Shown: piece after piece, positions 18,402 to 27,950 of the stretch
Layout: each line of letters begins with the position of its first letter
Numbering within the stretch: position 1 is the stretch's first letter
DNA from: Myxococcota bacterium
Lineage (GTDB): Bacteria; Myxococcota_A; Polyangia; Nannocystales; Nannocystaceae
DNA: 64,000 nucleotides
Assembly (NCBI GenBank): GCA_039028615.1
Contig: JBCCHT010000056.1
Span: forward strand, 14,526 to 78,525
Direction of reading: 5' to 3'
The notes under the pieces: generated by a model
What the model saw: only the letters and a program-made list of their open reading frames with translations
Told to the model about the DNA's origin: nothing
The model's database searches: none
Position numbers and translations under genes: made by a program

Positions 18402-19607
18402 GTGTCCACGCGGCTGGCTATCGACGGAGGAGACCCGGTACGGCGCGATCCATGGCCCCGCTGGCCGCACTTCGACGTCGCCCAGATCGACGAGGTCACC
18501 GCGGTCTTGCGCTCGGGCCGGGTCAACTACTGGACGGGTGACCGCGGCCGCAGCTTCGAACGCGCTTTCGCGAAGATGGCCGGCTGCGCCCACGGCATCG
18601 CCGTCGCCAACGGCACCGTCGCGCTCGAGCTGAGCCTGCGCGCGGCGGGGATCGGGCCAGGGCACGAGGTCATCGTACCGACCCGAACCTTCGCGGGTAC
18701 GGCCACCGCGGTGCTCAGCGCGGGGGCAAAGCCCGTATTCGCCGACGTCGACCCGCACACCCAAGGCCTGAGCCGCGACACGGTGCAGGCCCGGCTGAGC
18801 CCGCGCACGCGAGCGGTCATCGCCGTGCACCTGGGTGGCTGGCCCTGCGCGATGACGGATCTGCGCGCGCTCACTCGGCAGCACGACCTGCAGCTCGTCG
18901 AGGACGGCGCCCAAGCCCACGGGGCTCGGCTTGGTGGTGAGCCCGTAGGACACCTCGGAGACATCGCCGCCTTTTCTTGTTGCCAGGACAAGATCATCAG
19001 CACTGGGGGCGAAGGCGGCGTCATCGTGACCGACGACGAGGCGCTGGCCCGCGAAGTCTGGAGCCTCAAAGACCATGGCAAGAGCTACGCCGCCGTGTAC
19101 AAAAAGCAGCACCCGCCCGGGTTTCGCTGGCTGCACGAGGGCCCGGGTACCAATGCCCGCATGACGGAGATGCAATCCGCGTTGGGACTCGCGCAGCTCG
19201 AACGACTGCCCCCGTGGCTCGAGCAACGGCGTCGACACGGTCGTCGCATGACCGAAGCCCTGGCGTCCCACCCCGCCGTCGAAGTTCCGGTGCCGCGGGA
19301 CGACGAAGAGCCCGCCTACTATCGGTTCTACGCCTTCGTACGACCGCAATCGCTCCGCGAGGGCTGGACGCGAGGACGCATCATGCAGGCGATCACGGCC
19401 GAAGGCGTGCCCTGCTTCGTCGGCAGCTGCGGGCAAGTGCACCGCGAAATCGCCTTCGCCGAGCATCGACCCGAGACCCCGCTTCCGGTCGCGGCGCGCC
19501 TCGAGGACACCAGCCTCGCGTGGTTGGTCCATCCCACGCTGGAGGATACCGACATCGACGACGCGCTCGCGGCCACTCACAAGGTCCTCGCCGAGGCGAC
19601 GGCATGA
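18402..19607 (+). CDS. DegT/DnrJ/EryC1/StrS sugar aminotransferase (PglE-like)
   Basis: VANGTVALEL, VHLGGWP, EDGAQAHGA, PLP Lys in FSCCQDKIISTGGEGG, NARMTEMQSA. Confidence 0.9.
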   Translation: MSTRLAIDGGDPVRRDPWPRWPHFDVAQIDEVTAVLRSGRVNYWTGDRGRSFERAFAKMAGCAHGIAVANGTVALELSLRAAGIGPGHEVIVPTRTFAGTATAVLSAGAKPVFADVDPHTQGLSRDTVQARLSPRTRAVIAVHLGGWPCAMTDLRALTRQHDLQLVEDGAQAHGARLGGEPVGHLGDIAAFSCCQDKIISTGGEGGVIVTDDEALAREVWSLKDHGKSYAAVYKKQHPPGFRWLHEGPGTNARMTEMQSALGLAQLERLPPWLEQRRRHGRRMTEALASHPAVEVPVPRDDEEPAYYRFYAFVRPQSLREGWTRGRIMQAITAEGVPCFVGSCGQVHREIAFAEHRPETPLPVAARLEDTSLAWLVHPTLEDTDIDDALAATHKVLAEATA

Positions 19608-20230
19608 GCTGGAGCTACCCGCGGCACGGCAAGCGCGTGCTGGACCTCGTGCTCGGTGGCCTCGCCCTGGGCTCGAGCGCGCCGCTGCTCGCCGCCGCCG
19701 CCCTGCTCGTACGCCACCGACTGGGCTCCCCCGTCTTGTTCCGCCAGCAGAGGATCGGCCGAGGCGAGCGCCCCTTTTACTTGCTCAAGCTCCGCACCAT
19801 GACCGACGCCCGGGACGAGCACGGGCGCCTCCGCCCCGACGCGGACCGCCTCCTCCCGCTCGGCCGCTGGCTCCGACGTCATGGGATCGACGAGCTGCCC
19901 TCGCTCGTCAACGTGCTTCGCGGCGAGCTCAGCCTGGTGGGGCCGCGGCCGCTGCTACCGGAGTACCTGCCCTGGTACACGGCCAAGGAAGCCACGCGGC
20001 ACCGGGTTCGCCCCGGGCTCACCGGATGGGCGCAGGTGCACGGTCGCAACGCGGTGGACTGGGACGAGCGACTGTCGTTGGACGCCGGGTACGTCGAGCG
20101 CGTGAGCCTGCGGTTGGATCTGAAGATCATGCTGCGTACGGTCGCGGTGGTGCTGCGCGGCCAAGGGCAAAGCGCCCCCGGTCACGCCACGATGCCGCGA
20201 CTGGACACGATGCGCTCGGGCGGCCGCTGA
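19604..20230 (+). CDS. Bacterial sugar transferase / phosphoglycosyl transferase (small PglC type)
   Basis: KRVLDL, PVLFRQQRIG, KLRTM, IDELPSLVNVLRGELSLVGPRPL, VRPGLTGWAQV; ATGA overlap. Confidence 0.92.
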   Translation: MSWSYPRHGKRVLDLVLGGLALGSSAPLLAAAALLVRHRLGSPVLFRQQRIGRGERPFYLLKLRTMTDARDEHGRLRPDADRLLPLGRWLRRHGIDELPSLVNVLRGELSLVGPRPLLPEYLPWYTAKEATRHRVRPGLTGWAQVHGRNAVDWDERLSLDAGYVERVSLRLDLKIMLRTVAVVLRGQGQSAPGHATMPRLDTMRSGGR

Positions 20231-20284
20231 TCTTTTTTTCGCGGAGCCGTCATCGAATCGCGTGGCGCCGACAAGGGGCAGGGC

Positions 20285-20833
20285 GTGGACACGAACACCA
20301 TGACCCGCCGAAACCTCCGCCTCGTCGCCGCCCTCGTCCCCCTGCTCGCAACCGTCGCGTGCGACGTGGAACAAGACGCAATTGTGCCCCCCGAAGAGGT
20401 CGAGGAGCGCATGGCCATCGGCCAGATTTCCATCATCAAGCCCTATCACGGGCTATGGACCGGCCCGATGACCCAGGTCGATGGCATCGCGCAGAACGAC
20501 TACGACGCGACCATCATGCTCGCCCCTGGCCTGTGCACGGTGAGCGGCGACGATCTGTTCCGCGCCCAGTGGGACTACTACAACCACGGTGTGACCTGCA
20601 CGAGCGAGCTCGATCTGCTGGGGCAGAGCATCGACGTCAACGGCCTGCGCACGTGGACCTTCTACGACGCCAACCTCACCGGGCCGTGCACCGATGGCTA
20701 TGTCGACCTGACCGAGACCAACGACCCCACGGTGATGGACCACCAGTGGCGGAGCCTCGATGGCGTCGTCGATGCAGCCGGTCAGCTCGACCGCAACGGC
20801 GTCTGCGGCAGCATCGGGAACCCCGATTCCTGA
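20285..20833 (+). CDS. Hypothetical lipoprotein
   Basis: Signal peptide with lipobox-like TVA-C and four further Cys; codon pattern typical of coding DNA. Alternative ATG at 20300. Confidence 0.65.
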   Translation: MDTNTMTRRNLRLVAALVPLLATVACDVEQDAIVPPEEVEERMAIGQISIIKPYHGLWTGPMTQVDGIAQNDYDATIMLAPGLCTVSGDDLFRAQWDYYNHGVTCTSELDLLGQSIDVNGLRTWTFYDANLTGPCTDGYVDLTETNDPTVMDHQWRSLDGVVDAAGQLDRNGVCGSIGNPDS

Positions 20834-20853
20834 ACGACGAGCAACGGGTCGGC

Positions 20854-21789
20854 TCAGGTCGAGGCCGGGAGCGTGGCCTCGACCAGCTCGTTGGCGAGGC
20901 GACGAATCTCGTCGCTCGAGCCGCGGGCGGCCACTTCGGCGAGCGTGGTACGAGCCCGCTCCCCATCGAGCTCGGCGTCGATCAGAGCGGCCAAGCCAGC
21001 GAGGCCCTCCGCCTGCAGTGGGTTGGACTCGGCGGTGGTGAGCCTCTCGAACAGCTCGAACGCGCCCTCCACCGGGTCATCGACGAGCACCCGCGCCAGC
21101 GCCAACGAAGTCCCGTCGCCGACCCCCGACGCGATCACCTCGGCAAACGCGGCGGGCAAGCGTTCCGAAGCCGCGGGAATGCGTGCGAGCGCGCGACCGA
21201 TCTCGATCCGAGCCGCGTCTTCCCGATCGGCCTCCTTCAGCGCCGCGAACAAGTGCTCGATCGTCTCCGCATCGGCGAGGCTCGCCAGCCCCGGAAGCCC
21301 CACGATGCCCGTCGCAGCCTCGGTGCGAAGGCGTGCCGTGCTCCCGGTGAGCGCCTCCATCGAGACCTGCAGCCGTGCCCGACGCAGACCGATACACGCG
21401 TCGATATGGGCCCGCAGCGCGCCGAAATCCGGCGAGTCCGAGGCGAGCTCGGGCTCGGGTGCCACCGCCTCCACGCGTGGCTCGTCCGGCAACGGCGGCT
21501 CCGGGTCGTTCGATCGAGCGAGCCGACGCGACAAGAAGAGCACGCCCGAAAACGCGGGCGCGTCTGGAGCGACGACCGCCTCCTGACCGACGACGAGCAC
21601 TCGCGTGCTCCCGACGTCCAGCCGGTCACCGAGCAGCACGGCGTCGATGCGCAGCCGAGCGATGACCCCCGAGGGCAGCGAGTCGCCGCTCGGATCGGGC
21701 GAGAGCTGCCCGAGGACCACCCAGTCGGCGTCCTCGACCTGCGACGCGATGGTGGAGGATGACGTGAGTCGATGGTGATTGCAGATCAT
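20854..21789 (-). CDS. Hypothetical protein: N-terminal beta domain (ADWVVLGQL) plus helical HEAT-like C-terminus
   Basis: ATG 21789 preceded by GGAG; directly downstream of and co-oriented with the metalloprotease gene. Confidence 0.6.
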   Translation of the reverse strand: MICNHHRLTSSSTIASQVEDADWVVLGQLSPDPSGDSLPSGVIARLRIDAVLLGDRLDVGSTRVLVVGQEAVVAPDAPAFSGVLFLSRRLARSNDPEPPLPDEPRVEAVAPEPELASDSPDFGALRAHIDACIGLRRARLQVSMEALTGSTARLRTEAATGIVGLPGLASLADAETIEHLFAALKEADREDAARIEIGRALARIPAASERLPAAFAEVIASGVGDGTSLALARVLVDDPVEGAFELFERLTTAESNPLQAEGLAGLAALIDAELDGERARTTLAEVAARGSSDEIRRLANELVEATLPAST

Positions 21790-21830
21790 GCCGGGCTCCA
21801 GCGAACGAACGAGAGGAAACAAAAGAGCGC

Positions 21831-23051
21831 TCAGCCCAGCACGGGCAGAATCTTGCGAAGGATGGCGAGGTTGGCCGCGGTGAAGCCCGCGGGTTTGGTG
21901 CGCGTCAGCTTGCCCGTCTTGGGGTCGTAGCGCTGGATCCCGGTGTCGACGGCGAAGCCGGTCGCGGCATCCATGATGTTGCCCGCAGGCTTGGCGTTGT
22001 GCCCGGACGCGTCCTTCCCCGCGGCGCCCGCGGCCCCACCCGGCACGAGCCCCAACGAGTGGCCCGCTTCGTGGGCGACGGTGGCTCCGAGAAACTGCGT
22101 GAGCGCGTAGATGGCCGCTGCGACCTGGAGCTGCCGAACGTTGCCGGGGCGAGGCGGAATGAGCACATCCCCCGGTTGGATGGGCGTGCCGAAGGCCTTC
22201 TTCTTCCGCCCCCCCGCCTTTTGTGCCGGATAGCGACGCGCGATGGGGTTGAAGACCCGGCGAAACAGAGCGCCAAAGGGGCTGCTGCCCTCGGCCCCGT
22301 GTTGCGCCACATAGACCTCCAGCGTCTGGTTCGGATCTTTGTTGCCGACATCCAGCCCGGCCTCGCCCAGGATGTTCGACGTGGCGGCCCGAAACTCGGT
22401 CAAGGCGACCGAGGTCACGTTCTTGGCCAACACCGCCGGGGGTGCCTTCCCGACGAAACGAACGTTGACCCCGTCGAACGGCCTCGCCGCGGCATCGAGA
22501 ATCCCGACGTTGATGAGACCGATGGTGTCGAGCTCCAGCTGGGCCTTGGCGGCCTTGACCGCCATGGAGTCCTTCGGGTCCGGGGTGGCCGTAAAGCCGA
22601 GATCCTCGAACGTCTCGGTGAAGCTGACCCGGCCGACCTCGAAGAACTGCGGGACGGAAATCTCGGCCTCTGCGCTGCAGAGGCTCTGGCCGTTCTCGAT
22701 GATCTCGACCTTGACCTTCGTGTTGTTCGGCTTGTCCGCGAACACCCGCGTGATCAGCTGGTCCGACTTGTCGAAGCGCACGTTGCCATCATTGGCACCG
22801 CGTACCACGCTCCACTTCACCGTCTGCGTGTCCGTGGGCTTCGGGTTGGCGATGGCGATGAACAGCTCGACGCCCGTGGTGCCCCCGAACGTCATGAAGT
22901 TGCGGTTGGCGGCGGTCAGGAAGATGCCAATCCGACACTTCGGCTTGGGGTCCGCGATGAGCTCGCCGGGCGGCTGTTTGCCCGATGGCGTTCGCGGAGG
23001 CACCTGGACGCTCGGGGGTCCTTGTTTCGGCGAGGAACTGGAGCTGGTCAT
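21831..23051 (-). CDS. Putative zinc metalloprotease (metzincin-like) with N-terminal Ig-like region
   Basis: VAHEAGHSLGL, downstream GHN, Met-turn-like GNIMD; GGAGG SD; no signal peptide. Confidence 0.65.
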   Translation of the reverse strand: MTSSSSSPKQGPPSVQVPPRTPSGKQPPGELIADPKPKCRIGIFLTAANRNFMTFGGTTGVELFIAIANPKPTDTQTVKWSVVRGANDGNVRFDKSDQLITRVFADKPNNTKVKVEIIENGQSLCSAEAEISVPQFFEVGRVSFTETFEDLGFTATPDPKDSMAVKAAKAQLELDTIGLINVGILDAAARPFDGVNVRFVGKAPPAVLAKNVTSVALTEFRAATSNILGEAGLDVGNKDPNQTLEVYVAQHGAEGSSPFGALFRRVFNPIARRYPAQKAGGRKKKAFGTPIQPGDVLIPPRPGNVRQLQVAAAIYALTQFLGATVAHEAGHSLGLVPGGAAGAAGKDASGHNAKPAGNIMDAATGFAVDTGIQRYDPKTGKLTRTKPAGFTAANLAILRKILPVLG

Positions 23052-23141
23052 GGGCCTCCGGGATTCAATGCACTACGACGCATCGAGCCGGTCGGATCGA
23101 CCGCACTCGAAAAAATCACCGCGCGCTTTCGAAAGCGGCGC

Positions 23142-23540
23142 TCAGCTTCGCATCGCGACCGCCGCGCCGAAGATTCCCAGGCTCACCAGCATGATCAACA
23201 GCTGCACGATGCCCCGGGCCGCCGGCGAGCTGCGGGTCGCGGTGACTTGATGCCAACCAGCGAGCACCACGGCCAAGGCGACGAGGCCGAGCTTGAGGTG
23301 CAGCCCCCCGTGGGTCCACGGCCACCCCAGCAGGTGCACCTGCGCGACGCCCGTGACCAACGCGATGGCCATCGCAGTCCAGCTCACCCGCCCGAACTGA
23401 CGCGCGGCCGCGCGGAGCAGCTCGCGCTCGGCCCCGGCTCGCCGCAGGGCGACGATGAGTGCAGCCAGCACGATGAGGCCGCCCGTCCAGGTCGAGACGG
23501 CGACGAGGTGAACCCAGCGGACGATGAGGAGGGTGGTCAT
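23142..23540 (-). CDS. Small 4-TM membrane protein (CopD/DUF4149-like)
   Basis: RWVHLVAVSTWTGG and LHLKLGLV...WH are typical of CopD-like helical bundles. Confidence 0.65.
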   Translation of the reverse strand: MTTLLIVRWVHLVAVSTWTGGLIVLAALIVALRRAGAERELLRAAARQFGRVSWTAMAIALVTGVAQVHLLGWPWTHGGLHLKLGLVALAVVLAGWHQVTATRSSPAARGIVQLLIMLVSLGIFGAAVAMRS

Positions 23541-23584
23541 CTCGGGCGACCGACCTTACACCAACGAAGACGCGGGGGCGCGGC

Positions 23585-25120
23585 TCAGCGCTCGAGCACG
23601 CCTACGAGGGCATCGACGAGGTCGGTATCCCGAAAGGGCTTGAGCAGCAGGCCATCGGCGTTGCGGACCTCGGGATAGCTCGACAGCTCGCCCTGGTCGT
23701 GGCCGCTGACGAAGATGACGGGGACCTTGGGATCGATGCGCCGCAGCTCGTCGTAGACGTCGGTGCCCTTGATGTAGGGCATGCCCATGTCGAGCAACAC
23801 GCAGCTGAGGCGGGCGTGCTCATCGTCGAAGACGTCGATGCCCTCGAGACCGTCGCGCGCGACCAGGACCTCGGCGCCGCGGGCCTGAAGCGCACGGCGA
23901 GTCACCGAGCGGAGCAGGTCGTCGTCATCGATGATGAGCAGGATATGCCCCTGAAAGTCGCGAGAGGCCCGTACGGAGGGGCTCTCGGGCTCGACCTTGG
24001 CGGCGACGCGAGCGGGCGGCAACAACACGCGAAAGGTCGCCCCTTGGCCGGGCACGGTGTCGACGAGCAGGGCCCCGCCGTGCTCCTCGACGATCTCGAG
24101 GCTCGCCGACAGGCCCAGCCCATGACCGCTGCTCTTGGTAGAGAAGAAGGGGTCGAAGATCTGGCGCACCGTCTGGTCGTCGAGGCCCGGGCCCGAGTCT
24201 TCGATGGTGATGCACAGGTAGGTCCCCGGGGCGGGCACGATGCGCGTGCGGGTCTGCGAGAGCAGGGCGTGGTCGGCCTCGAGCGCGTGCGTGCCGACCA
24301 TGATCGCGCCCACCTCGTCGCCGATGGCCTCGGCCGCATTGACGATGAAGTTCATGATGAGCTGCCGTAGCCGAGCGGGCTGCCCCATCACCACGGGCAG
24401 ATCGTCCTCGAGGTCGAAGCGCATGACCACGGTAGGCGGGGTCGACACGTCGAGCAGCCGACCCATCTCGTGGGTGAGCTGGTTGATGTCGACGACCGCG
24501 TCCCCGTCGCCCTCCGTGCCCGAGTGCTGGAGGATCTGGTCGACGAGCTCGCGTGCTCGCTCGGTGGCGACGACGATCTCTTCGGAGACCTCGCTGACGA
24601 GCTCGGCATCGTGCCCCTCGCGACTGAGAAACTCGGCGTTGACCAGGATCGCGGCCAGCAGGTTCTTGAAGTCGTGCGAGACGCGGCTGGCGACCATGCC
24701 GATGTACTCGAGGCGCCGACTGGACTCGGCCTCGACGGGCTTGGCGGGCGCGGCATCGAGCTCTTCGACGCCCGCGGGGGCGGCAGCTTCGGGCGGAGGC
24801 TCGATCAACACGTGATTGAATCGCTCGCCGGGGCAGACACGCACGAGCACGTCTCGCAGCTCGCCGTCGAAGCGCCAGCGCAGCGACAGGTCGCCCATCA
24901 TGCCGCCGTCGGCGTCCTGCAACGCCGCCTGCACCCGGGGTCGATCTTCGGCCTCGAACAGGTCGAGCACCTCGCGGCCCATCCACTCGAGCGAGTCGAT
25001 GCGCACGCCCCCGAGGCTCCGCACGACGACGTCGAAGACCCGCAGCTCGCGGTCGACGACGAGGCACACGCTGGGCTGCTCACCCACGTCCGATTGCGCC
25101 ACTGCTCTTCCCAAAGCCAT
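23585..25120 (-). CDS. Hybrid PAS-sensor histidine kinase/response regulator
   Basis: PAS-like N-terminus, H-box SHDFKNLL, N-box QLIMNFIVNAAEA, DSGPG, FDPFFSTK, GHGLGL, receiver IDDD...LDMGMP...KPF. Confidence 0.9.
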   Translation of the reverse strand: MALGRAVAQSDVGEQPSVCLVVDRELRVFDVVVRSLGGVRIDSLEWMGREVLDLFEAEDRPRVQAALQDADGGMMGDLSLRWRFDGELRDVLVRVCPGERFNHVLIEPPPEAAAPAGVEELDAAPAKPVEAESSRRLEYIGMVASRVSHDFKNLLAAILVNAEFLSREGHDAELVSEVSEEIVVATERARELVDQILQHSGTEGDGDAVVDINQLTHEMGRLLDVSTPPTVVMRFDLEDDLPVVMGQPARLRQLIMNFIVNAAEAIGDEVGAIMVGTHALEADHALLSQTRTRIVPAPGTYLCITIEDSGPGLDDQTVRQIFDPFFSTKSSGHGLGLSASLEIVEEHGGALLVDTVPGQGATFRVLLPPARVAAKVEPESPSVRASRDFQGHILLIIDDDDLLRSVTRRALQARGAEVLVARDGLEGIDVFDDEHARLSCVLLDMGMPYIKGTDVYDELRRIDPKVPVIFVSGHDQGELSSYPEVRNADGLLLKPFRDTDLVDALVGVLER

Positions 25121-25325
25121 CACCAGGGTGTTCGAACCGGGCACCGACCCACCGTCGGCCGAGATGACCTACCCCGTTCGAGTGTACGAGTCCGCGTGCG
25201 ACGATGCATCTACGATCCAAGACGGGGGCGACGTGACGGGAGTGACAGTGCTTCCCAACATGGGACGGACATCGAGCGAAACCCCCGGACCTCCGACCCC
25301 GCCTGCGTCCCGAGGCACCCGGCCG

Positions 25326-25357
25326 GGGTACGACACGACCCCGTCGGGTACGACACG
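25326..25357. repeat. Direct repeat GGGTACGACACG x2 (20-bp period) in a divergent promoter region
   Basis: Exact 12-mers at 25326-25337 and 25346-25357. Confidence 0.7.
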
Positions 25358-25481
25358 TCACCCCCGGGCGGATCGATCGGCCTCCGCCTCGATCGCGCGA
25401 CGGCAAGCTGCACGCTGGCCCTACGCGCCACCGCAGCCGTCCGTTTGCGCCCGGCGGGGGCCAAACGCTACAAGCGGAGCC

Positions 25482-26807
25482 GTGAAGATTCGGCCGATCA
25501 GCGGTTTTCCCGAGTGGCTGCCCCAGGAGCAGATCGTCGAGCAACGGCTCATCGAGGAGGTTCGTCGTCAGTTCGAACTGTTTGGCTTTCGTCCCGTGAA
25601 CACGCGGGCGGTCGAGCCCCTCGACCGGCTTACCAATAATGGTTCGACCGACAAGGAAATCTACGTCGTCCGCCGCCTGCACGCCGATCCGAACCAAGGC
25701 GACGACAAGCTCGGGCTGCACTTCGATCTCACGGTTCCCTTCGCGCGCTATACGCTGGAGAACCGCGGCCACCTCCCCTTCCCGTTCAAGCGCTACCAGA
25801 TCCAGAAGGTCTGGCGCGGCGAACGGCCCCAGGAAGGGCGCTATCGCGAGTTTTATCAGGCCGACATCGACGTGGTGGGGCAGGACTCGTTGCCGCTGTG
25901 CTTCGACGCCGAGATGCCGTTGTTGCTGCACGCGGTCGCCAGCGCGCTGCCGATCCCTCCCATCCGAATCCACGTGGGGCACCGCAAGGTACTCGAGGGT
26001 TTCTATCGCGGCCTGGGCATCGAGGACATCACCCCGGTGCTGCGGACCGTCGACAAGCTCGCCAAGATCGGAGAATCGGCGGCCGCGAAGCTCCTGGTCG
26101 AGGAGCAAGGGCTGAGCGCGGAGCAAGCCGAGCGCTGCTTGTCACTCGGCAAGTTGCTCGGTGGCGTGGAGGTGATCGACCAGGTCCGAGCCTTGGGGGT
26201 GGAGCACGAGCTGCTCGAGACCGGACTCCAGGAGCTCCACGAGGTCATGCAGACCGCGACCGAGCTGCCCGAGGGCGCGGTGGTGGCCGACCTCGGCATC
26301 GCCCGCGGCTTCGACTACTACACGGGCACCGTGTACGAGGGCGTCATGCAGGGCATGGAGTCATTGGGCTCGGTGTGCTCGGGGGGCCGCTACGACAACC
26401 TCGTCGACGCCGGAGAGAACGCCAAGTTCCCGGGGATCGGGGTCTCGTTCGGCCTCACCCGCATGCTCGCGCCGCTGCTCAAGAAGAAGGCCCTTCGCGC
26501 CAGCCGCAGCACGCCGACCTGCGTGCTCGTGGTGCTCGACAAAGAGGAATACCGCGCCCGCTCGATGGGGGCGGCCTCGGCCCTGCGCGCGCGGGGGATC
26601 GCCACCGAGGTGTTCCACACCGCGGCCAAGTACGGCAAGCAGATCAAGTACGCCGACAAGCTGGGCATCCCCTTCGTGTGGTTCCCCAGTGACGACGAGG
26701 GCGCGGGCGAAGTGCGAGACATTCGCAGCGGCGAGCAGGTGGCGGCCAATACCGGCACGTGGAGCCCGCCACAGGCCGATCTGCGGCCTCAGCTCCTGAC
26801 CGAGTAG
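25482..26807 (+). CDS. hisS: Histidine--tRNA ligase
   Basis: HFDLTVPFARY, motif 2 WRGERPQEGRYREFYQADID, ARGFDYYTG, SGGRYDNL, anticodon domain KQIKYADK. Confidence 0.95.
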   Translation: MKIRPISGFPEWLPQEQIVEQRLIEEVRRQFELFGFRPVNTRAVEPLDRLTNNGSTDKEIYVVRRLHADPNQGDDKLGLHFDLTVPFARYTLENRGHLPFPFKRYQIQKVWRGERPQEGRYREFYQADIDVVGQDSLPLCFDAEMPLLLHAVASALPIPPIRIHVGHRKVLEGFYRGLGIEDITPVLRTVDKLAKIGESAAAKLLVEEQGLSAEQAERCLSLGKLLGGVEVIDQVRALGVEHELLETGLQELHEVMQTATELPEGAVVADLGIARGFDYYTGTVYEGVMQGMESLGSVCSGGRYDNLVDAGENAKFPGIGVSFGLTRMLAPLLKKKALRASRSTPTCVLVVLDKEEYRARSMGAASALRARGIATEVFHTAAKYGKQIKYADKLGIPFVWFPSDDEGAGEVRDIRSGEQVAANTGTWSPPQADLRPQLLTE

Positions 26808-26841
26808 CCGCGCCGCGTACCGTCGCCGTGCCCCCGCCGGA

Positions 26842-27738
26842 CTACCCCGGGGGTACGGCGCAGACCCCTACGTTGGGCAGGATGGGCTCTTCGTAGGGCA
26901 CGCACTGGAACTCGTTGGCGCAGACGTCGGTGTCGAGGTTGCAGTAGTAGCTGCAGCATCCGATCGCCCCGGGACACTCGGGGAAGAACTCGGCGGGAAT
27001 GCAGGTCAGGCCCGGATCGCACTGACCGGGCCCTTGGCAGGGGTCACCGAAGACACCGTCCTCCCCGGTGTCGTCGTCGATGCAGGCGAAGGTGTTCTCG
27101 AAGGGAATGCACAGGGCGTCCTGAGGGCAGGTCTCGGCGTTCAGCGGGTCACAGCCGATGAGGCACAGCCCGAAGTCCGCCTCCGGCAGGCTGAAGTCGA
27201 CGCAGGTCAACGGGGCCGGGTTACAGGGATTGTCCCCCACGCACATGCTGATGCAGACGTTGGAGCCGGGCTCGTCGGTGAGGCACATCAGCCCGAACCC
27301 GCAGGTGTCTTGGGTCCCCTCGCAGAAGAACTCGCAGGGGTCTCCGAACTGGTTTTCCGCCGCGATGGGTACACACCGGGCGCCGTCGTCCTCGCCGAAG
27401 CTCGCGTGCGGCGAGCACTTTTGGCCGGGCGGGCACGCGTCTACGGTGTACGGATCACACCGCTCGCCGATGTCATCGAAGCAGGACGGAAGACCGCCGG
27501 TCTCTTGCCCGTCGTCGGTGCCTTCGTCGCTGGGCGGCAGGGTGGTGTCGCCTCCCGTGCCCTCGTCCGTCCCCATCGGGCGCCCGGTCGAGCCTTCGCC
27601 TTCACCGTCACCGTCGGCCGTCTTCGCGCCGGTCTCGCCGCCCGAGCTCGCCATGGCGTCCGAGTCGGCGATGAACCGGGGGTTGTCGGCCGTGCAACCA
27701 GTCAGCAGTACGACCCCCCAAGCCCACCCCTTCGACAT
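26842..27738 (-). CDS. Cys-rich myxobacterial lipoprotein
   Basis: Lipobox LLTG-C, Gly/Thr/Asp linker, repeated CDP...CP..C..C and GDPC....C..GL.C modules. Confidence 0.75.
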   Translation of the reverse strand: MSKGWAWGVVLLTGCTADNPRFIADSDAMASSGGETGAKTADGDGEGEGSTGRPMGTDEGTGGDTTLPPSDEGTDDGQETGGLPSCFDDIGERCDPYTVDACPPGQKCSPHASFGEDDGARCVPIAAENQFGDPCEFFCEGTQDTCGFGLMCLTDEPGSNVCISMCVGDNPCNPAPLTCVDFSLPEADFGLCLIGCDPLNAETCPQDALCIPFENTFACIDDDTGEDGVFGDPCQGPGQCDPGLTCIPAEFFPECPGAIGCCSYYCNLDTDVCANEFQCVPYEEPILPNVGVCAVPPG

Positions 27739-27861
27739 GCGTACCACCCGGTGTCGATGGTACCGCGTCGATCCCCCCGTGGGGGTTCCGTAACGACATC
27801 TTCGCCCGATCCGTGACGCCCATGTCGTGGTGTTCCTGGGGCAAGAGACTGAAAAGAGGGG

Positions 27862-27877
27862 TGGCACGCCCGTTGCT
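27862..27877 (+). promoter_or_regulatory. Sigma54 (RpoN) -24/-12 promoter
   Basis: TGGCACG-CCCG-TTGCT, an exact match to TGGCACG-N4-TTGC(A/T), about 75 nt upstream of ATG 27951. Confidence 0.8.
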
Positions 27878-27950
27878 AGTAGCAATGGGGTCGGCTGGGC
27901 TCCGTCGTGGCGACCGTGCCCCCGTCACCGTGGATTGGCTTGGACTATCG

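Noticed and set aside
24816..25481. 222-aa N-terminal extension of HisRS in the ORF track (similar extensions at 12467, 13288, 38113, 43758, 56278)
   Set aside because: The extensions overlap other genes and lack homology; the conserved domains begin at later starts.
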